Source: Phoronis australis
Taxonomy: Eukaryota > Animalia > Phoronida
Reading direction: 5' to 3'
DNA: 64,000 nucleotides
Assembly (NCBI GenBank): GCA_002633005.1
Contig: NMRA01000097.1
Span: forward strand, 955,734 to 1,019,733
Shown here: piece after piece, positions 26,220 through 41,195 of the stretch
Numbering within the stretch: position 1 is the first letter of the stretch
How the letters are laid out: the number at the start of each line of letters is the position of its first letter
Notes under the pieces: generated by a model
The model's database searches: none
What the model saw: the letters and a program-made list of their open reading frames with translations, nothing else
What the model was told of the DNA's origin: nothing
Position numbers and translations under genes: made by a program

Positions 26220-28584
26220 TTTAGTATGTCTGCATTATTTCACGTCAAGTGTGTTTTAAATCTTGGGCTTTTCTAACTAAATGTTATTTTTAGCAGCGAA
26301 ACCGTGCATCTCAGGGAAAAACTGTTCCTCGTATTCAATACGTGGGATGACGCCATCTCAATAAAGATTCGATTCGAAAACCAGCACGTGCCCTGTTACG
26401 TCAGTACAGTTTGCTCTTACCGTAATCAGTTTTCAGTCGGTAGTGTTGCTTTCTGCGGTTTGACATCAGAACGGCCGGTGGTAGTATTGGTAAATCCGTG
26501 TATGCATTTTCAACATTTCGTCGTTATACATTTTCTAACAATTGCTGAAACTACGACAGCGGTGACCTCGTTTGACGAGTTGGGGAGTCTTTTACATTAC
26601 GTGAAATACGGTTTTAATAACTGTACATATTCTTCATACACGCTATCAAGGGATTCGATATAGAAGCCGTTATCCCTACTAAACTATGTCCTGAGTACCA
26701 GTCAATTCCAAGCCAGTCACCGCCACCTACCGAACTGAGAGTGAACTGAAAGATTCCATTGGCGATTTCAGCAAGAAAACACGTCATCAAATAATTTTAT
26801 GTGTTGTTCATCTCGCCAAACGGAAGTTGCTGGATCCTAGTTAGGCGAAGACCGCTAACATTCAAATAAGACCGACTTCTTTATAGAAACAATTCATGAT
26901 CTTTGATCCGGATACAAGATATTCCCAAATCAGTTAATTGGTGTTCCCCAGAAAAGTGTCACGAAGACTTGGCGTTCACATGCCAATGACCTGAACTTGT
27001 TTACGGCAAAAATAAAACTCTGTGAAAACTGGTACAATTTTTTGTTGATTTCAGTTCCAAGCAATTCAAATCCAACCCACAAGTGGTGAAAATTCAGATT
27101 CTTCAACTAGATTTTTGCCACTTCGTGTTCTGCATATTTGTGCACCGACACTGTTTACACTATTTTGGTGACGTAAGTGGCGCTCTTTTGTGGCGAAAAG
27201 AAGGAGCTACGGTTACTCTCTTTATTTCTTGGGACAATGCAACTTCCACAAGTAACGTTTTGTTTTGCAAAATTTCGGCTAAATTGCGTTCCACGAGGTT
27301 TCTGTCTGTAGCCTCTTGTCTGAAAAATACTTAAGCACAGCCAGGTTATGAATGCAGATGCAACAGCAAGTCGACCTGGCCAAACTGTTGTCCGAAAGGC
27401 ATTTCCAAAATTCCAACCAATCCCCGGAATGAACTAATGTTACTCAGTCGTGACGTTAACGAATGAAAAACGAAGTCGTCAATGATACATGATTGGGTGC
27501 CAATTCTTTATACAGCACAGAATAATCGTGTAATGTCATGTTAGCTCAGATTGATCGACATTTGGTTCTCAGTTACGAATGCCAACAGTGAAGAGTTTCG
27601 AAGGGATGAGAATGCTTTATTCATATCGATTCTTTACATAGTAATCTGCGAAAGAATGAGATGAAACACAAGTGAAGACATTAATGGTGACTTCGTGGTG
27701 GCAAGAATGCCCGCGGGTGTGTGAGAATTCCAAAGTGGTTACGACTGATGAACGCTGCGCCACGGCGGTTTGACCACAGAGTCACGTCTCAGATAGATAT
27801 GCCCGTTCGAGGCTTTAAATTGTCGCTACGTGCTTATGTTCGCGTATAATACCATACACCGATATTGGAGTTGCAATTAACTGTAATTGCACACGAGTGG
27901 TAGATAAATAGTTAATGATGAATCGCGATGCAGGACTCAGCTGTATCATTATATCTCGACCGCTTTTGCAATGATTGATGTTTGCTGCGAAATCTATCCT
28001 ATTTTTACCTTATCGCAATGCATTTTGTACATCTATTTATTTATTCATTTGTTTATTTTTCATTTAGGTGTTCCTATTTTGTTGGACGGACCACAATAGA
28101 AATGATTAGTCGCGTTTTCATGGCATAAACGAAACCAGTTTTTAGTTAATTTCATTTTTATACCACTATTTCTTACGCGGCCGCGCAATAACGTGACCGT
28201 AAATTAATCATCATCACGTGACCAACTTCGAATGATTTTACACGGGCGGAATTCCCAAGTTTCAACCTGGTCAAACCATAATTTAAATTGAATACATTGA
28301 ATACTAGCATTTGGTATACGCTCCAAAGGAAGTTGACAAACGTAATACATGGTTTTGTAGAGATTACAAATACTTCCGCAATAAGATAACATTGTTTATC
28401 GTCCCTTCATCAAACTCGAACTGGCCTGTTCATGACAGCTACAAACTCGGTGAACAATGAACACAAGAGTTGTAAACTGTAATTTTAAATACAGTAACGT
28501 TCTGTTTTCGCTATTTCATGGTGCAACAAGTAATAGCAGTCCTATGCGATGAAATTCAATCAGAAAATTTAAATTATAGGACAA

Positions 28585-28746
28585 CAAGGGCGGATCCAGG
28601 ATTTCGAGTTAGGGGGAGGGCAGGGCAGAGTATTCATAGACAGGATTTTGCCCGTCGGACATTCGCACCACCGAACTGCCAAATGTAATCTATGAGCATT
28701 TTAGGGGGGACATGGCCCCCTTGGCCCCCCTCTAAGTCCGCCACTG
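28585..28746. mobile_element. GC-rich MITE, 5-bp TSD family
   Basis: GACAA|caagggcggatccagg ... taagtccgccactg|GACAA. Confidence 0.8.
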
Positions 28747-28883
28747 GACAAAACAACAGGGTTTGTCTGCTTCTACTGGGGATCAAATCCGAAACAGAAA
28801 ATGCATCGAAGCAGGTGAAACAGTCCAGTAGCCAGAACAGGTACCTACTGTCTGGTACTATAAGGTTCTTTGTGTGTCTAGGT

Positions 28884-29250
28884 AGCACCCCTGAAGCATC
28901 TTACCTGAGTTGTAATCATGACAACCTTGAACATTTCAAATATGCAAATTAAGGGCGCCATTATGCAAAATTCTCTTTTTGCTTATAACTTCCATTCCAA
29001 GCGTTGCACGTGGATTATTTTAATGCTTTCACCCATGTTCCGACGATCAATGAATCTAATGGAGCTACATTGGAGGTGGATGCATAAATTATGCAAATTA
29101 AGGCAACCAAGATTGAATATTCCACTTGTGCTTATTGATGTTGATATAAGGTCCCACAGGTTAGTTATGTTGATATTTAGCTTTTTTAATTCTTAGAGAA
29201 ATCAGTTTGCAGGTTGTTGCATGATAAAGTATGCAATTAATGACCACCAT
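28884..29250. repeat. Dispersed repeat rich in ATGCAAAT motifs; related to 38200-38530 (inverted) and 63309-63852
   Basis: cacccctgaagcat...tatgcaaattaag..cc.ttatgcaaaattct...gctt.taacttcc is shared among the copies. Confidence 0.7.
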
Positions 29251-32200
29251 TACTTAAAATTTGTTACTTAAAATTTTGTTCTGGTTATTATTATTTACTT
29301 CCGGGCGCTACGGGTAGGTTATTTTGATAGTTGCACACAGGTTTTTGTAGTCAGTAAGTTTAACGAAATCAACATGCAGGTCATTACACCATATACAGTC
29401 CCGTAGCCAGCATTGCGCAGGGGGTGGTTCGAATTTCTTGAATGGTGAACCTTTGATACTTTGCAAACGTCGACACTGTGGAGTTTTCATTAAGGCCCTC
29501 AGTTGACGCAGCTTAATCAGGGGGAAGGGAAAATTGTATACGCAAATATGACTCTCAGCTCTATGTTTTTGAGATGAGACGGAATTAGTAATACCAGAGA
29601 TGAGGATGCCGTGACGGCTCGCCGGTTCCCCGCGTGCCGTTAGGTGGTAGCCAGCACGCAGGTAGCAGGCAGTAGCACGCGCTTTATCACTGGTTGATGT
29701 AACCTCGACAGTCGTTGGTTAGCTTTACAACAAAGAGAGAAAATGGCGGACTGTGGACGAATTTTAGCCTTGTCCATGCAAGTGGCGTAGCAGAAACTAT
29801 TTTGTTTCTGCAGTAGGCCTAATGTTTAATAACCGCGTGCTCAGAAGCACATATATACATGTACAATAAACACGCCGTCATCTGGTCGATTTAACTAGTG
29901 TGTTATTCATACTGTATAAATACAGGACAGTAGGCCTAACTTAAACAAAAGCCAGCGACATTAGGAAGATGCAATCCGAAAGGCGCAACCACAATTTTCT
30001 GGAATTCACATTTCTTGAACATGAATTTTAAGCACCTGATTTGTCTGTACAACAGACCACATTTACACTTCCTCCATCAGTCATGTCAGTTTGTTTGGAT
30101 AAAGTGCTGCTTGTTGAGAAATCGACCAGCCAATCAGAAACGCCGGTGTAAAAAAAATTCCCGAGGAAAAATAAGTGATCATACCAGGCTTGCTGGCTAC
30201 CACCCAGCGTCACACACAGGGAACCAGCGAGGCCGTGACGGTTGCTCGCAAAAAATGGGACTCATTTTGGATGTAATGTGGTCCAAACCGTTCTCCTCGT
30301 TACTTCTCTCCAAATTTTCAAATCAGGCGTGCTTAAATAGGTGATTACACCTTCTCGGTTCAGAAATATTTAGTCGGAGATTAACTTAATGAAACTTTTT
30401 ATCTAGTTATATTTTTACGTGTTAACGTTATTGCATTTTAAATAAGTGGGAATATTGATGAATTATCAACCACGATACATTCATCAAATCCATGTCAAGG
30501 TCGCATCATTTGCCAGCGCGACTGAAAAGTTTAGGGCCGCTGCGCCTGAACCCCACCCACCGGAACCACGCACAGGCGGGTCAAAATCAAATGTAGTTAG
30601 CAGGCTACCCATTCCCGGCCAGTCTTCACATAGTCAGTGAGCCCCATTCAGTCTTCTTATATTTAAAACCGTTGGTCGCCGCAGCTCGTACCTGTGCCCC
30701 AGATGTTGCCCCTAATTGAGAATGAGTCGTTAATTAGATTCAAGTATCACGATTGGCAGTGATTGGAACCGATCTCAACAATGAAATCAATGTATTAAGA
30801 ACTAGTCAACTTTTTGCAAACCCTTTTAAATGGTTACTAAATGGACACAAATACAATAATTTATTCATGTTTGTTACGACTCATTACCAAACAATCAGAG
30901 TAATGAACTGTTTGGCTCAGTGGTTTGAGGCCTGGACTACTGTTTGAGAGAGACCAGAGTAAAAAAAAACTGTCGGAGTTCTGGTTCTGAAATTGTGGAC
31001 GTTTGAAATAGTGAACTCTCGAAGGTGGAAAACCTTCGAAGTAGTGGACCTTCGGAGTAGCGCACCTTCGGAATTGTGGCATCTAACCATCGCAGTGTCA
31101 GATCTACATTTCAGTAAGGGGTGGGGGGTAGGATTCGCCCGAATCCAAGGCGCGTAGCGCCGAGCGTAGGGAAGGTCGGGAGGGGGTTCCCCCTCTTGTG
31201 TAAAATTTTGCTTGGTTTTTAGTAGCTCATTTTGTTTTCCTGGTGACATTTTTTAAAATTTTTATTTTTGATCCTGTCCCGAGGGGAGCGTTTGAACGCC
31301 CTGAACACTCCTCCGCAGACCCGCCTCTGCTTGGAAATCTTTTCCATCAGGTTGCTCGCATGAAGTGTGTGAGGCTGTGCATCATTGACACTAGTGACAA
31401 GAGAAGTCTATCTCCATTGGTCGACCAGAGTTTTTATTGGGTTTAGACCTATTTTCCCCCACACACATTTGCGGAAACGCACATACGTGTACACGAATGC
31501 ATGTCAATCCACCAATCCACTCTCGAATTGGACACTATATGACGAAAAACATACCTGAATTTTTCGAACATTTTCAATTCCAGATTTGGAAACGCCTGAC
31601 CTTTACCGTACTGTGCCAGCAAGCAATATCAGATAACAAACCTATTTTTGTTTCATGGTCGATTTTAAGGATTCACACCGCAATGTGACTTTTTGGGAGC
31701 TATCTCGCTGCTATATAGCTTAGCTAGGTATAGGCATTTACTTCTAGACTCCCTTGTTTCCCTACGGTGTAACCACCACGCGCGTTCAATGCCGATGAGT
31801 AACATAAAGCCTCCTCTAATCGTTTGCACGATCCTGTCATCTACGCAAGTACATGTACCACTCGGGCGAAGTGGGCCGGGTACCGCACGGCTCGATGATA
31901 ACGTGAAGCGCTTTGAATCAGAAGCAAATGCAAAATTATTACTAACTTAGTTATCATTGTAGTTGGTAGTACCAGTAGCTTGTTGTTGTCCATCTGTATC
32001 ATATATTTAACGTATAGGCTGGGGCTTGGCTGGACCTTTTCCGCGGGGTGGGGTTTGTTCGAACCCCTCGAACCCCCCTGGCTACGGGCCTGCATATATT
32101 TGCATAATTTATGAAAATTGAGATCACCAATAGTAGGTTGGTGCGCCATCTTGTTTATAGGACTCTGCATGAATTGATGAAGTTCGAGAAATTTCTACGC

Positions 32201-33422
32201 GACTGCATCATCTGAAACAAGATCTGAAATTTTCAGAAGTGCGCTGATAGTATAGACCTAATTCACCCGAAGGACATTAAAATCCAAAGCGAGGTTCACT
32301 GAGATAAACAACGCGGAAGTTGACATTGCCAGAGTTAAATGGCCTGTTTTTCGAGTCCAACCTTGATACTAAATCTTAAAGATGTGTCGATAATTAACCA
32401 AAGAGACGTACAAAATACATTAGAGAACATGTCAATGAACCAAAGAGTTGTCTGACGAAAGGGAAAACTAGGTTCAAAACAGAAGTAAATATGACCAAAT
32501 TACGGCGATAGTAGTGTTACAGATTAGGTATTATGCTCAATGCAGGGTTACGTTTCTTCTTGTAAACTGTTGATAAAAATGCTTTCTACACGAACCAGGT
32601 CATCTGCTGGTATTGTTGACGAGTTGAAGATATATTATCCAGTGGTGGCTCATCGCATTTTGCTGTCATGTGCAATTAGTCTCATCTGGTTTAATTTGTT
32701 GATCAAGAATATCAATAACATATCAAGCATAGCCTAGGTCCTGGTGAGGTAGGGACTACCGAGACTAACAGTTAATTTGTAACTGATCTGACAGAATAAT
32801 TGATGTAGTTAAAAAAAATTTTATTACAATAAAAAACCAGGCTCGTAATTGAAAATAAAAATTTTTTGACCAACAATTTTGCTTTCGTGGTTTTATTAAT
32901 TCTTACGTCTATTCCATGTGTTAGGTTTCAAATATCAATCTGAACCAAGTGGAATTTTTAAATTAAAACACCTAATTCGTTCGTCCAAAGCATGACCTCG
33001 TATAGAGATCAGTTTTAGTTAACTGGACAGAGCAAACATAGTTATTATGTTTCTTCAGGGGCCTCGTTCATCCGAGGGGAAATTTGTCCCTTCTGAGAGG
33101 TGAATTTTTCGCCGAGTAAGGGGAAAATCTCCCTTTCGATCACCATTAATAGCACCCCCGCCCTGTTGCAAGCTCTCATAGGCTCTGTCTCAAGTAGCAT
33201 TTTGTGCTCTTTCAAATTGTAACCTGTGTGGTTACAGGTGATTTGAACTTCGGAGAAAAAGTTTCAATCACAAGAGGAATTTTAGGCATCGTGGGGGAAT
33301 ATATCGCGCTGTTTTTCAATGTTTTTGAGAGGGGAATGGGGCCGATACTCCTCCCCAAAATTGAGGGATTGAGGACTTCGTCCTTTTTTGGAAAGAAAAA
33401 TGCATCATGTTTCAACCCGTAG

Positions 33423-33670
33423 TCATGAAAACACAGCCTGGCTGGCCGAAGATTCTCCGGTCGTTGCTATGATGCTCGGCAACCGAGATGCTACAAAATA
33501 TGATCTTACTTGAACATTTATAAATTTTACGCGGACATATTTTTCTTCGTCGCGGCGTATGGCAACGACACAACGCTTCAGAATCTCAACGTCCTTAGGG
33601 ATTGTATTGTTTCTAGCCGTTCGAGCAATGCGGAATACAACTATGCCGATAAGCCAGCATAGCAATCGTA
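33423..33670 (-). pseudogene. Decayed THAP domain
   Basis: HSCIPHCSNG in one frame, then IPKDVEILKRCVVAIRRDEEKYVRV...QVRSYF...QAVFS, a degenerate form of THAP FPKD..W..AIRRD...VCS.HF..AVPS. Confidence 0.6.
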
Positions 33671-34733
33671 GCGAGCTTCGTTTTGGAACGCGCCTCTTGT
33701 CGGCGTGAATTAGGTCTATGGAGAATCGCCTTACTTTTAGTGACGTCGCTAAGACCATGCACCCGGATGTTCGTATGCTTAGCTTTGGAGGCACTGACCA
33801 GTTCTCACAGGGGTTTGCCTATCAGAACACATGTCAATGGACTCTTCACCCTTTCTTCACTCTGTGAAAAACTGCATGCAAATAAAGAAAAGTTTTGAGT
33901 CATTTCACATCACAAGCCCTACAGATGAGCACAGAAACTTTGTTCTCTCTTGTATTTTTGACCCTTTCACTACCAGTAGAAGCTAGACTAAGAAAAATAA
34001 GGCCAAAAAAGGCAAAATCGGCACTTTTCACCCCAAAACCACCACTTCCCTGCCGATGCTCGACTAAAGCCAACATTAGATTCCGAAAGCCAATTTCCTA
34101 CCAATTCCAAACATGCGGTCCAAAAGTACTGTCAACTAACTAGTTTCTTTGCAAATCTGGCTTGTTTGAGGGCTACCTGAAATCGCGGCCAATTTCTCAG
34201 TTGCTACACAGCTATGCACAATTACAACAGGGNCCGCAATCTAACTGTTCAGGGCCACCTTTACCTTCGCCCCTGATTCGCCTTACTTTTAATGATGTCA
34301 CTAAGACCATGCCCCCGGATGTTCGTATGCTTAGCTTTACCTTGGCCCCTGATTTGCCGTACAATTACAGCATCAAGCTGAACAAACTTTAAAAATTTCT
34401 TTGAAAAATTCCCAAAGATAACAAATGAAGCACAGTCTGACATATTCAAATAACAACATCTTCACTTTTTATAAGTTTAGCGAACATTTTTCGCGGAAAA
34501 TTTCTCCTCTGAAATTACGATACTCGTCATAAGGAGCAACAGGTGTACCCGTTCGTTCATTCTGGTCAGCGTACATATTGTCAGTTACATTGCTCAATGT
34601 GTCTTCGCCATACATGACACTCCGTCTCATAAAACGGTCGTAACTAGGGCTAGAACTTTAGTCACACAAGCATATTTTTGTTTCCAGTGTTTTCCATGGG
34701 TTTAAAATAAACAATTCGAACACTGGTAAAAAT

Positions 34734-36678
34734 TAGTCGGTGGGCCAGAATTTGTAGGGCCTCTAGAAAATGTTTTTTGTGAGTACTTTAGGGGGAGCAA
34801 TTTTATTTTGATGTTTTTTAATTCATTTATTAGAGTGTTTTCAAAATCTAAAAAGTTCCCACATATAAAGTTGTACATTTTTGAGAAATTTGAGTTTGAA
34901 GTTACCTAATAATCACCAAAGAGCTTAGTAAACTTATATTTGTAAAAACAACAGTTTTGGTGACTTTTTTGTAAAACAAGTAATACGGCCCCATCAGTAC
35001 CATTGTATTGAACAATATTACACTCACATTACATATTTTAATATTGTAGATTAATTGTAAACAGTGAAATTTAAAAAATGTAAAGAGACACCTAGTGGCA
35101 AAAATGCAAACTGAGTCTGAATGTTACTAGGAAGTTATTCTGGCATTGTCTGGCAACAAAAATAACACAAAACACTTGAGACTGGGCAAAATTTGTGCCT
35201 CAATGACTAAAACATTGACTAATGGTGTAAACAGTGAAGTGATTGAAAATTTTTTTTTTAATCAGATGTTCAAACCATAGTCAATCGATTTACACTTAAG
35301 GTAATCGACGTTTGACGAAATGGACAGTGGCTTCCATCGTCCTCAAATTACGACGGCGACGATGGCCACTGAGGCACTTTAATTATCATTGCAGCTACCT
35401 AAGTAATTAATGTTTACAAAAAATTGAAAAGAGGTTCCCTTTATCCCAGGACTACGGTAGGGGATGACGGTCACTTGGGCATGTTGTTTGCAACCATCTA
35501 CTACATTTAACCTTCTCAAAAATTTTTGACTTAAAGTGCTTTAAAATCACACCCACAGTATAACGCCATATGATTATCCCTTAGCGCAAGCAGTGTCGAT
35601 GTGGCAACTGAATGGAGTGTTCGAAAAACAGGATTGCAGGAGTATTTTTTAAACTGGGAACAAATGAAAACATTAACGACCACATCAGAGGCATCTCTCT
35701 ACGCGGTACTTCTAAACTTAAAGGAACATAATTTGCCAAAAAGCATCTGGCATATGGAGTACCTATGGTATGACCACCGTCTCTACTGAGTCAGCGGTAT
35801 TGTCTAAGGCCTAGGCAGTCAAGGAGCTGGACAAGTTAAAAAAACAACTGGTGATAATACTGAAACACACATGGAAAACACCAAGATGTACCTTTCAAAA
35901 CGCGTACCTGTTTTAGAAAGCTATTAAATACTTCTTTCTCTTTCTTGAAATATGGTCCATAATATACTTTTCCTGCTCACAAATGATGCACTCATGTTTC
36001 AGAATGTTCCTATCTTGTTCAGGTTAATTGGGTGTTTCAGATTTGGGAAGTATAATTGATTTTCTTGGGAAATCTTGGATAACATCTGTATCACTTTCAG
36101 CAACTTCAGCTTTAGTACTACTGCTGGTGTCTTGAAACGTTGCTATGTCCTTTCAATTTTTTGGTCTGACACTTGGTCTTCTAGTCTACAGCACTCAGCA
36201 GTATACTGTGTAGGCTATACCAGGACATGTAGCTGTTTCTGCACAAACGTTTCTGACACCTCTTCTTCTTTTTGATCTACTGATCTACAGAGTTTCACAG
36301 TCCATTAGCTTTCGTCAGAAAGCTTTCCTAAGCTTCTTTAGGCTCTGGCATCACAATTTTGTGCTATTTGATAAACCTTGAATTATACAGGCATCACACT
36401 CCATGGGAGCAGCCATATTGAAGTAACTAAGCACAACAATACAATCTGGCTCTCTGATTGGTCAATTCAATAGAAAAGCGCCACCAAGTGGCAGGAATGT
36501 GCATCATATTTTGTGCAACAAAAACAACTTTTTTTTAAAAAATGTGCAAGTGTAGACGTGGGAACTTTTTGGAATTTGATTTATAGGTATATTATCTAGC
36601 TACATAGAAAAAACTAGGTTGCCCCCCCCCCCAAAGTACTCACAAGGATGAACGCTATGAGATCTGGCCCACCGACTA
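34734..36678 (-). mobile_element. Non-autonomous Academ-like element with long imperfect TIRs and 3-bp TSD
   Basis: AAT|tagtcggtgggccaga ... tctggcccaccgacta|AAT; TIR similarity extends ~130 bp (gtgagtacttt / aaagtactcac, aaagttcccac / gtgggaacttt). Internal minus-strand coding-like remnant MAAPMECDACII...ILKHECIICEQEKY. Confidence 0.75.
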
Positions 36679-38199
36679 AATTCCTGTCATGTTGTATTTC
36701 ACCAGGAGTCAAATCAGTGGGCGGCCATGTGAAACGTGTAGCACGTGTCCATGTTATTGGATGTTTTTAACTTTTGCATATTATAACAGTCATTTGCGCG
36801 GTATAAATAATGCAGTTTAAAAGTAAAAAGGGGAAATAAGCAGGGTACTTTCACACATGGCTAATTGCAGTTTAACATTTCCAGAACTTTATTTTCCTTT
36901 GGTCCTTCGCATTCCATTTGATGTACATGCGCTGTGGCACATTATTTTAATGACGTCACGTTTTCAAACAGGAATCAAGAATAGCTTGCAATTTTATATG
37001 TACGTCTTTACTATATGCTGTACAGCTGTTCTGAGTAAAAACGTATCATGTTACCATTTTACTCAAGATAACCTTTTATAGACCGTATTATGTAACAAAC
37101 AGTAAAGAAAACAAAAATACAAGAAAATTTAAAGAACTATAAAACAGGCAAAAATTGGCAAAAATTAACTGAACATAGAGAATCCCAGTATTTAGTAGAA
37201 GCTTACTTTAGAACTTTTCATGGTGTATTGTTTTTGACTGATGCTGTTAGAATGGAAAAGTTAAAAAACATTGTGTAGAAATTTATATTAGATATTATAT
37301 TAAACTATAATGTATTACAGTGTACAGCGCTATAATATTGCTATAAGAAAGTAAGAGATCTTGAAATCTAAAGTTTTAAATCAAGTGTTGAAGTTCTCGC
37401 TTTCGTTAACGAATTTTGCAGGCATGACCAACGAAAGTACGGAACTGACCACCTCCCAAAGAAATTGACTTTCTTGAAAATCATAATAACTGGTACCCGG
37501 AATTGAAATTTGGTCATCGCGTATGGAACATTTTTGGTGCCCGTCTGGAGTTTAGGGTGCAAATATGGGGATTTGTACCACAGGTTTGGGATCTGCTCAT
37601 CCCGGAATGGAGCTTAGGGTATCATGACTGCAATGTAGAGGAGCGATCATGGAATTATTCCCACCCCTTGATAGCATGCTATTAAGTCATCCACTGAACA
37701 CTATCCTTCGTGGAAAAAAAGCATCGCCAGTAGATAAACAAACACCAAAGCGCAGCGAAATGTGGAACTATAATCAAACGCAAAGTCGTAATGCAATGTT
37801 GGTCGAAGTAAACGTCCTCAACAGGTGTCGCACAACCGGATGTACAACAATAACAAAATAATTAATAACTGGCGCACGAATTAATGACGCGTGGAAACTG
37901 TAATTAATTGCAATTGCTTGAATCACGTGCATGCTATGTAATTAATTGTATATATTTAAACCACACTTTATAAAGGTAGTTAAAAATAGATAATGCCTAC
38001 GTATGTGTGTATAAATAATTAAAATTAATTATTAATGATCACCTAACTAAATTCATTGATCACGAAAACATAGATGCAAATATCAAAATGATTTACATGT
38101 AGTGTCACGTGAGGCAATCACGAGCAGAAACAGAATTTTATATAATGAAGGTCGTTATTTTCATAAATAACGCTAATTTTTCATGCAGCAACCTGCAAA

Positions 38200-38530
38200 C
38201 TGACTATTAAATTAATTATCCATAGAAACGTGTGAAAGTAACAATGTCATTTCCTTGTAGTGTTTGGCACAGAAGAAGATTTTAAATAATAACGACCGTA
38301 CTTTGCATAAATTATGCAAACTCACTATTTATTTACCTGCGAATTAGCTTCATAAATTTTACTGATCTTGGAAACACAGGTAAAATATCAAAATAATGTA
38401 ATTACGGTGCTTGACAAGGAAATTATAAGCTAAAACAGATCTTTGCATAATGGCAGCCTTAATTTGCATATATAAAAATCCTCAAGGTTGTCAAGGTTAC
38501 AACCCTGCTAAAGCGCTTCAAGGGGCTACA
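38200..38530. repeat. Inverted copy of the ATGCAAAT-rich repeat family
   Basis: tttgcataatggcagccttaatttgcata...gcttcaaggggctac is the reverse complement of the left part of 28884. Confidence 0.65.
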
Positions 38531-39594
38531 TCAAGAAAGAATTTCTAGGTCCCCGATGACCACCCTATGGGTAGCAACTCAACTAAACTTAGCAGCTCGG
38601 GGAGCGACATTAGGAATAGAATTCGCTACTGAGTGATATGGGGATGAAATGAAAATTTGTGACAGTGAATCAGAAAATACCCATCAATTGACTAAGGCTA
38701 CAGATGGAGATATTTGCAGCACAAAGTCGCCTTGTCATCTGAAACTGAAGAAAAATTTGAAGTTTGTGCGGGCGGAACTCGAACCCGAAATTTCTTGTGA
38801 CACTAAAATCTAACTGAAATCATGGAAACAAGTACAACGTAATGTCGATTACCGTCTACCTAACTGTTTGCCATTCATAAGTCAATATTATCGTGTATTA
38901 TCGTGCTTGGCTGATATCCGTCACGTTATCTCCACATTTAACTACCGGTACGTGCCGTATGTTCAGGCGAAAAAGTATGACATTACTTTGTAGTTCTGGG
39001 CACCAAAAGCAATGCAAAGGCATTATTTCTGCCTTCCATTTTTGTGAGCTGTCCTGTTGCTGAACCGTGCTCGAGCGGAATCACGAAATGTCATTGATTT
39101 CCACGACACGAGTTAGGCAGTTCTATTGAGTCGACTCGTGGGCCACCTGGTGGCTGTTTGTTCATCTGCCACAACCTTCGGAAAAAAACGTGCAGGTTGA
39201 GCGAGCGGGACTCGAACCAGGGTCTCCGGCGGGTCTTTGTATGCTTCTTAACTCGTTCGGTGTCGCTGTATTCCGCATTGACTTTAAGGGGGGAAATAGA
39301 GTCGGCGAAATGTCCGTAGATCTGTATTAGGTTTAACTAGACGTGTTGCATGGATGCCACGTGCAAATAGCCGTGTGGCACCCCGTTTTCTTGAAAATAC
39401 TTACTCTGCGTAACAACCTCGGCTAATAGCGCAACCAACACTTATAGTTTAACATACAACTATTAGTATCTCGTCCTTCCAGATATCTTATCTAACTTTT
39501 AACCGATGAATGAAACGCACGTTTCTCCACAATTTTGAATAACTACCAAACAAATCTTTTGGTCAATGAACATAAGTCCGAAAAAGCTTCTTCA

Positions 39595-39670
39595 CCCGAC
39601 CGGCCAGTAACTCGAACCCAAGACCTTCTGCTAACCAGGCAGACAGACTCACGTTCATTAGGTCACGCGA
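39595..39670 (-). mobile_element. tRNA-derived SINE head (degenerate)
   Basis: Minus strand has an A-box-like gtgacctaatg and B-box gggttcgagt; no intact cloverleaf. Confidence 0.4.
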
Positions 39671-41195
39671 TGTGGAAAACAGGTGGCGCGCAGACCAGAC
39701 TTCAAATGTTTATGGTCCTGAAGGTTTTTTTTTTATTTTCATGTTATGTGTTACATTAAAATCAGCGTTATCTTTAAATGATTAAACTCTCCTCTGTCAC
39801 GGAAGTAGAAAAATGCACGGCATGACTGACCTACTTTTCAAAATGGCAGGCACCCCTGAGTTCATTAATAAAAAAGGAACTTCAATACATCCAGCATTGA
39901 TATTGTCTCTTATTGTAAATATCTTGGTGTCAGCATTGAAACACAAAATGCAATGATAAAGTTTGCCTTTATTAGAATGACGAATTACATAATTCAGATA
40001 CGAAATAGTGACAGATAAATTTGTAGTAAAAGAAGGGGGTGTGTGACACGTGTGTTGCATGGGTGATGAGCTGCTTCAGGACTGGTCTACTATAGGTTTA
40101 TTGTTCATGTAGCTCAGTGACGTCATTGTAATAATGCTTTGTCAACACGCATGGGGAATCTGGAGCTGTGCAACGAGAAACGTAGCATAAATTATAACGT
40201 GCGGATCGAGCGGTACCTAGTGTAGGTAACGTTTCGTTTACAGCTGTAACGACGTTCTTTTATTCCACGACCAGTGATACTCCTGCCAACTGTGTAACTT
40301 AAACACAGTACAACGGCTTTGATCGTTATGAAATGATGTAGTAACCGACCGGACAATGTCACTTTTCATTAAAGTGGCCCAGACTGCAGATGTCGCTGTT
40401 TGTACAGATCGCAAAAGCAATAAGCCCCTGACTTTGTAAACTAAGTGAGCAGGCGATCGGGTAGCAAATGCAAGGTTACCGTGGAATCATAGGCACGAGC
40501 ATCGCATCTTACACACATATCACCGAGGAACCTATCAGTCATGCATACGAACCCATGAATCATGCATACATGTACGAACCCAAAAAATCACGCATGCGAA
40601 CAAAAATCATGCGCACCAACCACACAAGCCATACATAAACGAATACAAAATCATACACACGAGCATTGAATCACACGCGATTATCGTTTGGTGGAAGCAG
40701 ATAAAAACGTGATATGACAGTAAGATAAGCAGAAATCATATAACAAATCAAATTTGGCTTCCGGCTACAGTACTCTCCTTGTTTCGTCTAACCTGACATT
40801 GTCTCCGGGATTAGTTTATATCTCATGTCATAATTTTGATTCAGTTCTGTTCATGGCAACATTCACACCAACATATAAATGTGTTGGTACGAGCTCTCAT
40901 CGACTATATTATGTGAATCAAAAAATAAAAGATGAACCCAAAACTTAGTAATCCAACTCAATCGTTCCGTCGAGCGTCGCTCTTTGACCAATGGCAGCGT
41001 TAGGCAAAATAGTGCCAGTCTAGGAACAAGATGGTTGTCTGACTTCCTTGGTTGTTTCCATTTTGCCCTCCACCGCTGATGAATACCACGTCGCTCGGTC
41101 AGGGCCCGAAACTCCTGGTCTTCGGTTGTTCTTGATTATATTGTGATTCATACCAATGCGTTCATAGTCCATGTTTGCACCTGATGTCCTCAACA

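Noticed and set aside
33204-33422. VVTGDLN resembling a LINE APE endonuclease motif
   Set aside because: Isolated motif with no other APE or RT motifs in frame.
33728-34340. ~60-bp direct repeat (ccttactttta.tga.gtc.ctaagaccatgc.cccggatgttcgtatgcttagcttt) at ~33730 and ~34280
   Set aside because: The copies straddle a single-N gap and are flanked by low-quality-looking sequence; most likely an assembly overlap artefact.
38765-39240. B-box-like ctcgaacc motifs as possible tRNA genes
   Set aside because: No cloverleaf can be folded; consistent with degenerate SINE heads.
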